Of a stretch of DNA of 64,000 bases, positions 1 to 14,698 are shown one piece after another (the first letter of the stretch is position 1; each line of letters opens with the position of its first letter). Made by a program: the position numbers and the translations under genes. The notes under the pieces are model-generated. The model was not told the origin of the DNA. It worked only from the letters and a program-made list of their open reading frames with translations, and made no database searches. Location: NCBI RefSeq assembly GCF_006345805.1, contig NC_043006.1, positions 29,326,001-29,390,000 on the forward strand, given 5' to 3'. The stretch is from Octopus sinensis. Lineage: Eukaryota.

Positions 1-1690
1 TTGTCTTAACTGGTAACTGGTCACACGGATTGAAAAGAGCATTGTCTCAGTAAATTCTCTTTCCTTTTCCCCACTTTATTTTATTTGTTTACCTTTCTAT
101 TTTCTCCTTTTTCTCTATCACATGGCTCTGTAAATGAACAATGTGATGTGTTTGTTTTAATGGTCTACCAATATATACAGTACATTTCTCTGCCCTAGGT
201 GTCAAGAAGACACTTGGCAAGAAATGGAAACAATTGAAAGATGATGCTAATGAAAATGATGATGATGATAATAATAATAATAATAAGAAGAAGAAGAAGG
301 CTGGTTCAAGAAATAACCTATACATTATTATGTTTTTCTTTACTTTTTGTTTAATTATTACTTTTAAAGTTTAAGTATGTTTGGTGTGTAGTTAAAAACC
401 TACTGTTAGGAAGAAGAAATTATCTGAATATAATTTTGGATGGTACTACACGAATTTAGAACACTGCTCTCTAGTTTTGCAAAGGAAGATGTAATAAATC
501 AAAAAGAAAATCCTAATGAAAAAAAGAATCGATTTTGGTCAGGTGAATGTTTAAAGTAGGCTGGACAGTTTGGTGCACCTTAACTGTGGAAGAATACGTG
601 ACTGTCAGTCAGTTCTGGGAGTCAATGTGTGACATGAAGCAGTCTGCTGCCAGGAGCCGATGACAGGTGGTCGATGTCAGGCAGTTCATGTAGAACAGTT
701 GACACAGTAGTTGGTGCCGAGGTACAGTTGATAAATTGGTTCAATGTGATGGTGGATGTCAGTCGGTTAATGTGAACAGTGACGTCTTTGCTGCGAGGAG
801 GACAATTTTGAACTGGCTGCGAAAATGGTCGGTGTGAAGTTGGCAACGTAAAGAATGTGGAGTGGGAAGTTGGTCACCAGACTAACGTGAATCGTAAGTA
901 ACAGAGCCCAGTCGAAAAAGATAGAAAATAAATCATTTGACCGGTGAATAAAAGAAGAGCTCATCAAAAGAAGTTTATTCTACACATTTTAGAAGTAATA
1001 ACGGAAATGATGTTTCCTGGGGTTAAACAACAGTAACAATCGTCCTCTCCAGAACAACCACATTATGCTGGCAAAGAGTTTTTATTTTAAACAACTGTTA
1101 CTGAATATCTCTCATCGAGAGAGTTAGAAATAACAATGCTTCTATTTTATTAGATCAGTGCTGTGTGTCACTTTGAAAACTACATATTTTCAAATGGTGA
1201 ATTCAGCAACGCCACCTAGCCAAGCAACTACTCTGTGTTGATAAAGAGCAATAACTCAGAAACCAGTCCTCAGATGTTGTTTTGTGCTTGATGGGAGTGC
1301 TGGACTTCCTGTTCAAAAACTTAAGGACACAGATATTGTGTCGTCTAGCCAGCTGGAAATGTTTCTTGGGGATAAACAACAGGACAGCCACATTATGTTG
1401 GCAAATTATCTTTACCATACATTTTTATTCACCTCTTAAATTGAAGTTCTTTTATTTTGTTTGTTATTGTGAATTCTTCTGATTGCTATAACTACTACTT
1501 CTTCTCTAAGCAAGTTGGCTTGCCGTACTGGTCTGCAGTTTTCTTTGCTGCTGACTAAACTGTTGGAACCCCGTTGGCAATATCAGGAGGGTGCAGTGTG
1601 CAACAATACTATATTTGAGTACATGAAAGTACTATTATAATGATACACAAATATATATATCAGTGTCATCCTGTTATTATTCCATCCCCA

Positions 1691-2790
1691 GAATTCACTA
1701 CAATATTCTCTCTCTCTCCTATTTATATTATGTTCTTCTCGAACCCCGAAGTTTCTAGATGTTCAGTAATTTCTGTTGCAGAAAATTCCCTACGTATTAA
1801 CTTAAAACCTGTTGTTCCTTCGTCGTTATTCCTTTCCCCAAACATACCCTAAATTCCCTACGAAATTTTTTCTCTCTCTCTTATTTATATTACGTTCTTC
1901 TCGAACCCCGAAGTTCCTAGATGTTCAGTAATTTCTGTCGCAGAAAATTCCCTACGTATTAACTTAAAACCTGTTGTTCCTTCGTCGTTATTCCTTTCCC
2001 CAAAGATACCCTAAATTCCCTACGAAATATTTTCTCTCTCTCTTATTTATATTACGTTCTTCTCGAACCCCGAAGTTCCTAGATGTTCAGTAATTTCTGT
2101 TGCAGAAAATTCCCTACGTATTAACTTAAAACCTGTTGTTCCTTCGTCGTTATTCCTTTCCCCAAAGATACCCTAAATTCCCTACGAAATATTTTCTCTC
2201 TCTCTTATTTATATTACGTTCTTCTCGAACCCCGAAGTTCCTAGATGTTCAGTAATTTCTGTTGCAGAAAATTCCCTACGTATTAACTTAAAACCTGTGG
2301 TTCCTTCGTCGTTATTCCTTTCCCCAAAGATACCCTAAATTCCCTACGAAATATTTTCTCTCTCTCTTATTTATATTACGTTCTTCTCGAACCCCGAAGT
2401 TCCTAGATGTTCAGTAATTTCTGTTGCAGAAAATTCCCTACGTGTTAACTTAAAACCTGTTGTTCCTTCGTCGTTATTCTTTCCCCAAAGATACCCTAAA
2501 TTCCCTACGAAATATTTTCTCTCTCTCTTATTTATATTACGTTCTTCTCGAACCCCGAAGTTCCTAGATGTTCAGTAATTTCTGTTGCAGAAAATTCCCT
2601 ACGTATAACTTAAAACCTGTGGTTCCTTCGTCGTTATTCCTTTCCCCAAAGATACCCTAAATTCCTACGAAATTTTTTCTCTCTCTCTTATTTATATACG
2701 TTCTTCTCGAACCCCGAAGTTCCTAGATGTTCAGTAATTTCTGTTGCAGAAAATTCCCTACGTATTAAATTAAAACCTGTTGTTCCTTCG
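1691..2790. repeat. Tandem array of a 162-bp unit, about 6.8 copies
   Basis: Anchor GAACCCCGAAG recurs at 1741, 1903, 2065, 2227, 2389, 2550 and 2709 (spacing 162,162,162,162,161,159). Units are near-identical; the 5'-most is the most diverged. Confidence 0.97.
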
Positions 2791-2941
2791 AGGTGACCCC
2801 GCCCTCCCACCCATCCACCAGAACCGGAAGTTTCTGTTTTCTATCTTTCTTGACCCCCCCCGCACCCCTATGTAGGGTTTATTGTGATCATATAGCGCAA
2901 AAACTGTGAAATTTATGCAGGTTGTAGTCTAGAGTCTCAGT

Positions 2942-5900
2942 ATGATATCTGGCAAATGCAAGCTTTCTTTACAGGTACATAACACTGCTGTCCCTCATCC
3001 CCGGGTCTCAGAGGCCCACACCTCCCACACCCTCAGGGTGGGCACCCTCAACGTTGGCACATTGAAAGGTAGGTCTGGCGAGATAGTCGAGATGCTTGAA
3101 CGGAGACGTGTTGATGTATGTTGTATGCAAGAAATAAGGTGGAGAGGAGGATCTGCTAGGGTCCTCACAGGCAAGGAACACAGGTACAAGATTTTCTGGG
3201 CAGGGAACACTGACGGGGTTGGTGGCGTGGGTATACTTATCGCTGAGAAATGGATAGATAGAGTAATTGAGGTAATCAGAGTAAGTGACAGAATACTTAA
3301 GATTAGAATAGTGCTTCATAATAGATTAGCAACCATTATATCGGCCTATGCCCCTCAGCCAGGGCTACCCGATGGACAGAAAGACAGTTTCTATGACACC
3401 CTACTGCAGACCACCTCATCGACGAACGACAGGGACCTTCTCTTTGTGGCTGGTGATTTCAATGGGCATGTTGGACGACATGCTGGGGGCTTCCATGGCG
3501 TACATGGAGGCTACGGTTATGGTTCCCGCAACGAGGAGGGAACCAGGCTGCTGGAGTTCTGCGATGCGAATAGTCTTATCGTCTGCAACACTAACTTCAG
3601 GAAACCAACAAGCCACCTGGTCACCTACCGATCGGGCCGGCATACTAGCCAAATCGACTACATCCTTGCCAGAAAAAGGGAAAGATGGCTGCTTATAAAT
3701 GCCAAAACCTTCCCAGGCGAAGAATGCACCCCACAACATAGACTGGTAGTTAGTGACTTTAGGATCAGGACTAAGAGGGCGACTAGAAGACGACCAACAT
3801 GGAGAAGAAGGGTCTGGAAGCTTAAAGCCCCTGCGAATGGACAGAGATTTAGAGATATGTTACTTGAAGCCTTTGACGAAGTGGAAGGGGGTATAGCTAC
3901 ACATGGGGTAGAAGACAACTGGACGTTTCTGAGGGACAACCTGCTGAAAGCCGCTGACCAGATCTGTGGCTGGTGCAAAGTCCCCTTAAGACCCAAAATA
4001 ACGTGGTGGTGGAACAATATTGTTGACAGGGCTATTAGACAAAAGAAACAGGCTTGGAAGGCCTGGAAGAACGGTGGTAGCAGGGAAGGGTATCAGACTG
4101 CCAGAAGGGAAGCTAGGAGACAGGTCTATCTAGCCAGAGGGGAAGCAGATAAGAGAAAATTTGCCAATGTCCTGCGCCGTGAGGATGAAAGACTTGAGGT
4201 ATTTCGTGTTGCAAGACAGTGTGTGAGAGAGAATCGTGATGTGGTAGGAGAGAAATGTGTTCGCATGGAGGATGGTTCACTTGCGCTAAATGAGGATGCA
4301 AAGAGAGAAGCTTGGAGACGCCACTATGAAAGGTTACTGAATGAGGAAAATGAATGGGATAAAGAGAGTCTGCCGAATGTTGACCCTACAGAGGGACCAG
4401 CTATCCGAGTTGATAGTTCCGTGGTAGCTAAGGCAATTAGAAGCATGAAGACAGGGAAAGCCCCAGGCCCATCAGGAATTACTGCAGAGATGCTCAAAAT
4501 ATCTGGCAGTGTCGGCTATAACCTAGTCACCCGTATAGTCAACCAGGTGATACACGAAGGAGTCATACCCAATGACTGGTGCAGCAGCATACTAGTCAAC
4601 TGCTACAAAGGTAAAGGTGATGCCCTAGATACAAATAATTACAGAGGTATCAAGCTGTTGGATCAAGTAATGAAGGTTACAGAGAGGGTCATAGCCCAAC
4701 TAATTAGAGAGAGAGTTAGTTTAGATGAGATGCAGTTTGGGTTCGTGCCAGGGAAAAGTACCACTGATGCTATATTCCTGGTAAGGCAGCTGCAGGAGAA
4801 ATACCTAGCCAAAGATAAGCCCCTGTACCTGGCTTTCGTTGACATGGAGAAAGCTTTTGATAGGGTCCCCCGATCCCTTATCTGGTGGTCAATGAGGAAA
4901 CTAGGGATAGATGAATGGCTGGTGAGGACTGTGCAAGCCATGTACAGAGATGCCGTAAGTAAGGTTAGGGTTGGCAACATGTACACAGAAGAATTCAAAG
5001 TAGAGGTTGGGGTCCACCAGGGTTCAGTACTCAGCCCCCTCCTATTTATCATAGTACTCCAGGCAATTACGGAGGAATTCAAGACAGGCTGTCCCTGGGA
5101 GCTCCTCTACGCTGACGACCTTGCTCTTATTGCTGAGTCACTATCAGAACTGGAGGAGAAGTTCCAGGTGTGGAAGGAGGGTTTAGAATCAAGGGGCCTT
5201 AGAGTCAACCTAGCTAAAACCAAAGTACTAATAAGTAGAAAGGTAGACAATCCACAAATATCTTCAGGAAGATGGCCCTGCTCGATCTGTAGAAAAGGTG
5301 TAGGTAGAAACTCTATAAGATGTACCCAGTGTAAGCTATGGACACATAAGAGGTGCAGCAATGTCAAAGGTAGGCTAACTGGGAAGATAGTTTTTGTATG
5401 TGGCAGATGCTCGGGAGCATTAACCTCCGAAAATCTGCAGAAAACAACTTCCGTCACTTTCCAGGGGGAAAAACTAGAAGTAGTTGATAGCTTCCGTTAT
5501 CTAGGTGACCAAGTCAGTAGTGGGGGTGGGTGCGCTGAAAGTGTAACTGCTAGAATAAGAATAGCCTGGGCAAAGTTTAGGGAGCTCTTACCTCTGCTGG
5601 TGACTAAAGGCCTCTCGCTCAGAGTAAAAGGCAGACTGTATGATGCGTGTGTACGAACAGCCATGCTACATGGCAGCAAAACATGGGCCGTGACTGCTGA
5701 GGACATGCGTAAGCTCGTGAGGAATGAAGCCAGTATGCTCCGATGGATGTGTAATGTCAGTGTACATACTCGACAGAGCGTTAGCACCTTGAGAGAAATG
5801 TTGTACCTAAGAAGCATCAGTTGTGGTATGCAAGAGAGACGATTGCGCTGGTATGGTCATGTGGCGAGAATGGATGAAGATAGGTGTGTGAGAAAGTGCC

Positions 5901-6064
5901 AATCCCTAGCAGTTGAGGGAACCCATGGAAGAGGTAGACCCAGGAAAACCTGGGACGAGGTGGTGAAGCACGACCTTCGAACTTTAGGCCTCACTGAGGA
6001 AATGACCAGAGACCGAGACCTTTGGAAATATTCTGTACGTGAGAAGACCAGGCAGGACAAGTGA
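2942..6064 (+). CDS. RTE LINE polyprotein: AP endonuclease + reverse transcriptase + embedded PHD-type zinc finger (1040 aa, uninterrupted)
   Basis: APE motifs GTLNVGTL, CMQEIRW, SAYAPQ, GDFNGH, QIDYIL, PQHRLV. RT motifs DMEKAFD, HQGSVLSP, LLYADDL, FRYLG. CSIC..CTQC..THKRC..CGRC lies between VNLAKTK and FRYLG. C-terminal GRGRPRKTW is typical of RTE. Confidence 0.97.
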   Translation: MISGKCKLSLQVHNTAVPHPRVSEAHTSHTLRVGTLNVGTLKGRSGEIVEMLERRRVDVCCMQEIRWRGGSARVLTGKEHRYKIFWAGNTDGVGGVGILIAEKWIDRVIEVIRVSDRILKIRIVLHNRLATIISAYAPQPGLPDGQKDSFYDTLLQTTSSTNDRDLLFVAGDFNGHVGRHAGGFHGVHGGYGYGSRNEEGTRLLEFCDANSLIVCNTNFRKPTSHLVTYRSGRHTSQIDYILARKRERWLLINAKTFPGEECTPQHRLVVSDFRIRTKRATRRRPTWRRRVWKLKAPANGQRFRDMLLEAFDEVEGGIATHGVEDNWTFLRDNLLKAADQICGWCKVPLRPKITWWWNNIVDRAIRQKKQAWKAWKNGGSREGYQTARREARRQVYLARGEADKRKFANVLRREDERLEVFRVARQCVRENRDVVGEKCVRMEDGSLALNEDAKREAWRRHYERLLNEENEWDKESLPNVDPTEGPAIRVDSSVVAKAIRSMKTGKAPGPSGITAEMLKISGSVGYNLVTRIVNQVIHEGVIPNDWCSSILVNCYKGKGDALDTNNYRGIKLLDQVMKVTERVIAQLIRERVSLDEMQFGFVPGKSTTDAIFLVRQLQEKYLAKDKPLYLAFVDMEKAFDRVPRSLIWWSMRKLGIDEWLVRTVQAMYRDAVSKVRVGNMYTEEFKVEVGVHQGSVLSPLLFIIVLQAITEEFKTGCPWELLYADDLALIAESLSELEEKFQVWKEGLESRGLRVNLAKTKVLISRKVDNPQISSGRWPCSICRKGVGRNSIRCTQCKLWTHKRCSNVKGRLTGKIVFVCGRCSGALTSENLQKTTSVTFQGEKLEVVDSFRYLGDQVSSGGGCAESVTARIRIAWAKFRELLPLLVTKGLSLRVKGRLYDACVRTAMLHGSKTWAVTAEDMRKLVRNEASMLRWMCNVSVHTRQSVSTLREMLYLRSISCGMQERRLRWYGHVARMDEDRCVRKCQSLAVEGTHGRGRPRKTWDEVVKHDLRTLGLTEEMTRDRDLWKYSVREKTRQDK

Positions 6065-7599
6065 GCCCAGCCCACTTATGAATGCCTTTCCTCCCTTGGA
6101 CACAAAGACCGGTTGAGGCAAGCGAAGTCGATATAGAACCTCATCCGACGACAGACACCCATGCCAACCCCCCATGCTTGCGAAGACATGTTGGGGCAAG
6201 CGAAATCGAAATCGAAACCGAATTGAACCAGCCAGGATCCCTGGCCTGGTGGTACGTAAAAAGCACTATCCGACTCGTGGCCGTGGCATGTAAAATACTC
6301 CATTGCGACCGTACGACAGGCACCCATGCCAACCCCCTTTGCTTGTGAAGACATGTTGGGGCAAGCGAGATCGAAATCGAATTGAACCAGCCAGGATCCC
6401 TGGTCTGGTGGTACGTAAAAAGCACTATCCGACTCGTGGCCGATGCCAGCACCGCCTCGACTGGCTTCCGTGCCGGTGGCACATAAAATACACCAATCTG
6501 ACCGTGGCCGTTGCCAGCCCCGCCTGGCACCTGTGCAGGTGGCACGTAAAAAGCACCCACTACACTCACGGAGTGGTTGGCGTTAGGAAGGGCATCCAGC
6601 TGTAGAAACATTGCCAGATTAGACTGGAGCCTGGTGCAGCCTTCTGGCTTCCCAGAACCCCGGTCGAACCGTCCAACCCATGCTAGCATGGAGAACGGAC
6701 GTTAAACGACGATGATGATGATGATGATGTATGTATATATAGTTATGGTGCATTCTGTTAAGAACGTAGTAGAGTACAGTATAAAGCTTGTCCACCTTCA
6801 GATTTCACCCTATACAATTCGGTAGTAGTATTATACGTACTTCCAGGATTGTATTTGGGCATCATTTGTGCGTGAATAGATAATTGAAAAAATTGGAGTC
6901 AATAAGAAGGAGTGTGGTTGGATATTTATTTTCAATCACTGCAATTGTTTTTACACAGTGTAGTTCTGAAGGCGTGCAGGTACTTGATTATGCAACCGTT
7001 CTCTGCATTACAAGATATAGTTGTGTTTCCTCAGGCGATATATAACTATTTTCTCCATAAATTCAAATTCTTGGCTTCAAGAGTATCCTCTCTGTCGTGA
7101 CTTGAAGTTAGTAGTAGACACTGAATTTATGAAGTTGTGTTGTTGCTGAAAGACCATTGGCAAACTGCTTTGAATGTGTAGTTGTAGTGGGATGGTGATT
7201 CTGCTACTGTTAAAGTGGTGGCCATTTTAAAGGGATTGGCATTTGATTTCTTTGTACTGTTGATTGGTTTTTTATGGTTGGTTACACATGTGATTGTCCT
7301 TAGCTGACCTTTAAGAATCAGCACATATGTATACATGGTCATTCACATATCCAATACATACTAACTCTTGGATACACACACTCACACTTACATGGATATG
7401 TACACGCACTTACATACACAAATATATGTATACATATACATACACATATACATACACAAATGTGCATGTGAGTATACATACACACACACACGTCCATACA
7501 TACAAGAGACGTGGACAGACACACATATGTGCATATAGAAATACAACCAGATTAATGCACATATGGATGAAGTAAGGAGAGAGGGAGAGAGTTCACTGA

Positions 7600-7647
<48 letters not shown>
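7600..7647. repeat. (ATT)n microsatellite
   Basis: Uninterrupted ATT run. Confidence 0.95.
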
Positions 7648-7648
<1 letters not shown>

Positions 7649-7782
7649 TACTGTGTTGTATCTAGAAAATGCAAATTTGGTGCAGATGTTGTTACTGGGA
7701 TTTTCTCAGCATGTTTGTTTACCAAGTTTTCTTTAGTTAATAGAATGTACAAGGTCATATCTATCTTTATATATAAAAAATA

Positions 7783-8100
7783 GAACCCCTTTCAGTCATG
7801 AATGATCATGGGATTGCACCTAGAAAGTTCCTCTCCAAGTCCAGGCAAGGTTGCTTGTGGAAGACCAGTAGTCACCCATGCATACCAGCCTCCTCTTCCA
7901 CGCCACCAATGTTATCCAAGAAACGCAACGGTCAATACAACTTGACACCAGTGATGTCGCAGCTCAGCAAACGTTGCAGCTATCTGAACTGGAGCATCAT
8001 GAAAGAAAGTGTCTTGCTACACAACACACAGCCTGGTCTGGGAATTGAACTCATTGCCTCATGATTGTGATCCTGCTGCTCTAACCACTCATCCATGCAT
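7783..8100 (-). mobile_element. tRNA-derived SINE
   Basis: Minus strand begins GCATGGATGAGTGGTTAGAGC...GAGTTCAATTCCC (A-box and B-box-like), followed by a SINE body. Confidence 0.65.
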
Positions 8101-8411
8101 CACATACATGACTTTAAACAGGAAATCACATCATAATCAAGGTACAAGAAGGCTGAAATGTGTAAGGCATTCTTGCTTCCGGGACAATTCACCATCTCTG
8201 TATATGAAATGTAATATATGTTAAATAATACATATATATGTATTATTTAGCACAGCACTCCTATAAGAAAGTTTATCTTGGACGAGAAGCATTGTAACTA
8301 GCCTATCAATTACGTCCATACATTAAGTGTGGCACATGGATGACTTATTTAATACGAGTGCAATTTAATATAGGAATGCGTATGGGTGTGTGGGTGTTTG
8401 TGTAAGTGTGA

Positions 8412-10711
<2,300 letters not shown>

Positions 10712-11107
10712 CAAGTATATATTAATACATCAAAAACATACAGTTAGACCATGGCTTTTAGTATATAGTTCTTCTTAATACATACAAGTCCATGCGTATG
10801 GGTAACAAATAGAAGCAACATGTACATGTATTTGCATACGTACAAATATACACCAATATCAATATGAAGATTTTTTTTTCCTTTTCGTCAAAGTTAAATT
10901 ATACTTGTATTTATATTTTTATCCAACAAACTAATATTGTTTCATAGAATATTTCTACAGAGAATTTCAAATAATAAAATAATAAAATATTTGTTAAGGT
11001 ATGATAGATAAGCTATAGTAGCCATGTTAAATGTTATATTAATATTTTAGAGTTTCAAAATTATTGGGTGTTAGGGAGCGATTATTTTAAATCATAAGCT
11101 ATATCTA

Positions 11108-12074
11108 ATTGGTTAACAAATTTGAATTACTACGCTTTAGTTACCGTTAGTTAATCGAAGATCTAATGATTAAATAAATAAACTGGGATCTTTTCCTTTT
11201 GAACGGCACTTTGTAACATAATTTCTAGGTAACTAAAAAGTTTTAAACTTCGTATACTGGTAGAATGTGTTTATAAAACATCATTTTCTCTTGGCTTTAT
11301 TGAGAAAATTCTATAGGTTGTAACATATTTTGTCTCAAATTTCTTGCATTTCGTCAATTTTAACCAATCAATTACCTCCATTGATGTAAATAACATTCTG
11401 TGCATAATGAATATGTCCCTCCTTTAAGAAACAGATTGGGTTTATTTACATTTGTGAAGAAAAAAAGATACCCTTCCCCAACCCCTAACCCTAACTCTAA
11501 CCCTAAATCTAAAATAGATTGAAATGCAATAGATCGATACTAGGGCCATAATTATGGGTGACATTTTTATTTGACACCGCTAGAAAAAAATTCCATTTTC
11601 CGTAGCGGTGTCGTACGAAATTGTCACCCATAATTATAACCCTAGTATCGATCTATTGCATTTCAATCTATTTTAGATTTAGGGTTGGTTAGGGTTAGGG
11701 ATGGGGGAAGTGTATCTTTTTTCTTCACAAATGTAAATAAACCCAATCTGTTTCTTAAAGGAGGGACATATTCATTATACGCAGAATGTTATTTACGTCA
11801 ATGGAGGTAATTGATTGGTTAAAATTGACGAAATGCAAGAAATTTGAGACGAAATATCTTACAAACTATAGAATTTTCTCAATAAAGCCAAGAGAAAATT
11901 ATGTTTTATAAACACATTCTACCAGTATACGAAGTTTAAAACTTTTTAGTTACCTAGAAATTATGTTACAAAGTGCCGTTCAAAAGGAAAAGATCCCGGT
12001 TTAATTACTTAATCATTAGATCTTCGATTAACTAACGGTAACTAAAGCATAGTAATTCAAATTTGTTAACCAAT
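11108..12074. mobile_element. Fold-back (palindromic) MITE-like element with ~475-bp arms and internal telomere-like repeats
   Basis: ATTGGTTAACAAATTTGAATTACTA at 11108 is the reverse complement of 12050-12074. Arms pair to a ~20-bp spacer near 11583-11601. CCCTAA/TTAGGG runs at about 11480-11507 and 11676-11700. Confidence 0.88.
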
Positions 12075-12660
12075 ATATGCATGTATGGCTTCAGTGACAC
12101 ACACACAAAAACACATACCTATGTACACCTAAAGCACGCACACACACACACACACACACAAACGGAGCGCGAACTTCAAAAGAACTTCGCGCTCTATCTA
12201 TCTGGTTTGCCATTCCTCACACACACACATACACATGCAAACATATACATATATGACAGTGACAAACACAAACGTTTCAAACAACTACATACAAACACTC
12301 AAACACACACACACACTTGTGTGTATTTGTTATTAGTAAAAAAGGCGCCAAACACAATTCACTTTCTCATTGAAACACATTTGCAAACACACATATGGTT
12401 TTTAATTTACTTTCTGTCGCTAAATTTTGGTAGTATTAATTGGCGAGCATACTTCAGTTGTCAATTGTTGAAAGAAAGAAATTGTAAGCTAAGAAGGCGT
12501 GTGTGTGTATGTGTGCATGCGTGCGTGTGTGTGTGTGTGTGTGTGTCTGTGTGTGTGTGAGTGTGTGTGTAGGAAGTGAAGGATAAAAATATGGCAAGAC
12601 GTGGACAGATGTACATATATACATACATCCATCCATACATACATGTGTGTGTGTATGTTA

Positions 12661-13051
12661 TCTCTCTCTATATAAAGCTGAAGTTGTCTGTGTGTGACAG
12701 GTTTGGTAGCCTTCAACTAACACTATCTCCTCCGAGACCCTGCGGCGCAAGTTGACCAAAATTGAGAGTATGATAGAAGAAGGGTTGCTCTTCCTTCCGT
12801 AGAAGTTAAAATTCAAATTGGATCATGTTAACACCAAAAATTATTTACATCAAAAAGCTGCTTTTTTCTATGAAAATCCTTATTTTTTACCATTTTTTCA
12901 CTGCTGCGTCGCCAATTTTCGGTGTATTTCAACCAGAAAAATGTTCACTAGAACACAATAACAAGCTACATAATGCAAAATTTTTACTTTTCAAAAATTC
13001 CAATTCCAGCAGGTCGAAACAAACCCAAGCAACGCCAGGCGATACAGCTAG
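12661..13051 (+). mobile_element. Non-autonomous Helitron-like element
   Basis: A|TC 5' end with TCTATATAAAG, 3' CTAG|T at 13048-13052, preceded by a GC-rich degenerate hairpin (CCCAAGCAACGCCAGG). Confidence 0.7.
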
Positions 13052-13148
13052 TGTACAGATAAACACAGGTAATTATATATTCTAATTTAAGTATATAAAA
13101 ACACATATATCTACATAAGTATAAGCTAGACTACATGTATATATATAT

Positions 13149-13211
<63 letters not shown>

Positions 13212-13952
13212 TATATATGCATATACATACATACACATTGACCTACCTATAAGATCTAATATACATAATAACATAAAACAATAATTGAAAAGTTATATAT
13301 ACATATACATATATATACACATATATACATATATATATATATATTAATCCATAACCTAGTATATTCATGCGGACATGTACATGCACACATGCTTATTACA
13401 TAACTTCCTACTTAACAAATGCAAATGTATACCAGTATACATATACATATGGATATACACATAAACATATACAAGTACATATAGATATATACACATATGT
13501 ACACACATATATACACCTATATATACAAACACATACACACATTACACACAAATATATATACAAAGAGCCATATATTCACAACCCATTACAATTCAACTAC
13601 TACTATATATATTAAAGTAAAAATGCTCATTATAACTAGTTGTATTTAGTTTAAAGGGTAGTTAATAATAAGTACTATTTATACCTGGAGAAAGTATACA
13701 CAATTTTATGAAGACATGATACATTTCGTTCCTTAAAATTGTTAATGATCGGTAAATTAGCCCTGATTAGAAAGAAAATTTCATTAATGCATAATGCATG
13801 TGGTATACAGCCACCAGTTATGATAATGTGGATGTTTGTTCAATGATGACTGGCAACAATGTCAAAGCACTTTGATCAGGAATAGGCACAAGAATACTTC
13901 TAAGACTGCACTTTCCTACAATCCAACAACCCTCTCAATAGTATCTGTGGTG

Positions 13953-14056
13953 TATAAAATTTAACAAGTCAATCTCTATGACTAACCCATTTCTTCCAGT
14001 TTGGATGAACCTCAATGCACATAAATGACACATACAAATTTGAAATATTTAAACAA
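13953..14056 (+). promoter_or_regulatory. Possible TATA box and non-coding first exon of the PAN-EGF gene
   Basis: TATAAAA at 13953-13959, Inr-like CCATTTC at 13987, donor AA|GTAACT at 14057 that could splice to TTCAG|14652. Weak in AT-rich DNA. Confidence 0.25.
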
Positions 14057-14698
14057 GTAACTTACAGACTCACTACTAATACCTACCTGTGTCAAGCACA
14101 ACAGACTGTTTGCAATCAATGAGCATTCCTTAAATACATGAGTTCACTAAGGCAATGAAGTCAGAAACGAAACTCAGAGAAAAATAATTTTAGTCCAATA
14201 CTGGAATAAAAGTTACACATATTACTGTACTAAAGTTTTCAGTCTGCACAAACTCTGACAAAAAGCATTGCTAATAATTATACATTATTAAATTATGAAT
14301 TAATTCCATTCATGTGAGAAACTCAATAGTATAATTAATACTATCAATTATGATAATATCTTGTAGGAAGCAACTTTTCTCTTGATTCTCCTTGCATACA
14401 TTCATACATTCAGCTAATTTTCCCAATATATGAACAATTCATAAAAAAAAAATCTTTCCCTTTTTTTTTTTGTAATGGTAATTATTACTGACAATGAAAA
14501 TTATTTAGTTAAGTTTAATTTGATTTTTGATTTTTACTCAACTGTGTCACTTTATCAAGTCTTTGGCTTGCTTTAATTATTTGGTTAAAATAGTTTAAAT
14601 TTCGAATTTCTACATGTCCACCTTCCCTTGTATTTTATTTTTGTTATTCAGGACTTTCGAAAATTAACATTTGAAAATCTACATTAATCTTAAAGAAA

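Larger units (their letters stand above)
1691..6728 (+). mobile_element. Full-length RTE-clade non-LTR retrotransposon (5' boundary uncertain: 1691 if the array belongs to it, about 2791 otherwise)
   Basis: Single APE-RT ORF, about 650-bp 3' UTR and (GAT)n tail at 6711-6728. No TSD recognised. Confidence 0.9.

Noticed and set aside
622-846. 74-aa ORF in a locally more GC-rich stretch
   Set aside because: No recognisable motif or convincing splice sites; possibly an old repeat.
1691-2790. 162-bp array as CRISPR or a coding repeat
   Set aside because: No spacers, no long ORF, eukaryotic context.
1640-6745. Target-site duplication for the full-length RTE
   Set aside because: The flanks (ATGATACACAAATATATATAT vs ATGATGTATGTATATATAG) share only low-complexity similarity.
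11480-11700. Telomeric repeats as a chromosome end or fusion scar
   Set aside because: Only 3-5 degenerate units embedded in the arms of a palindromic element.
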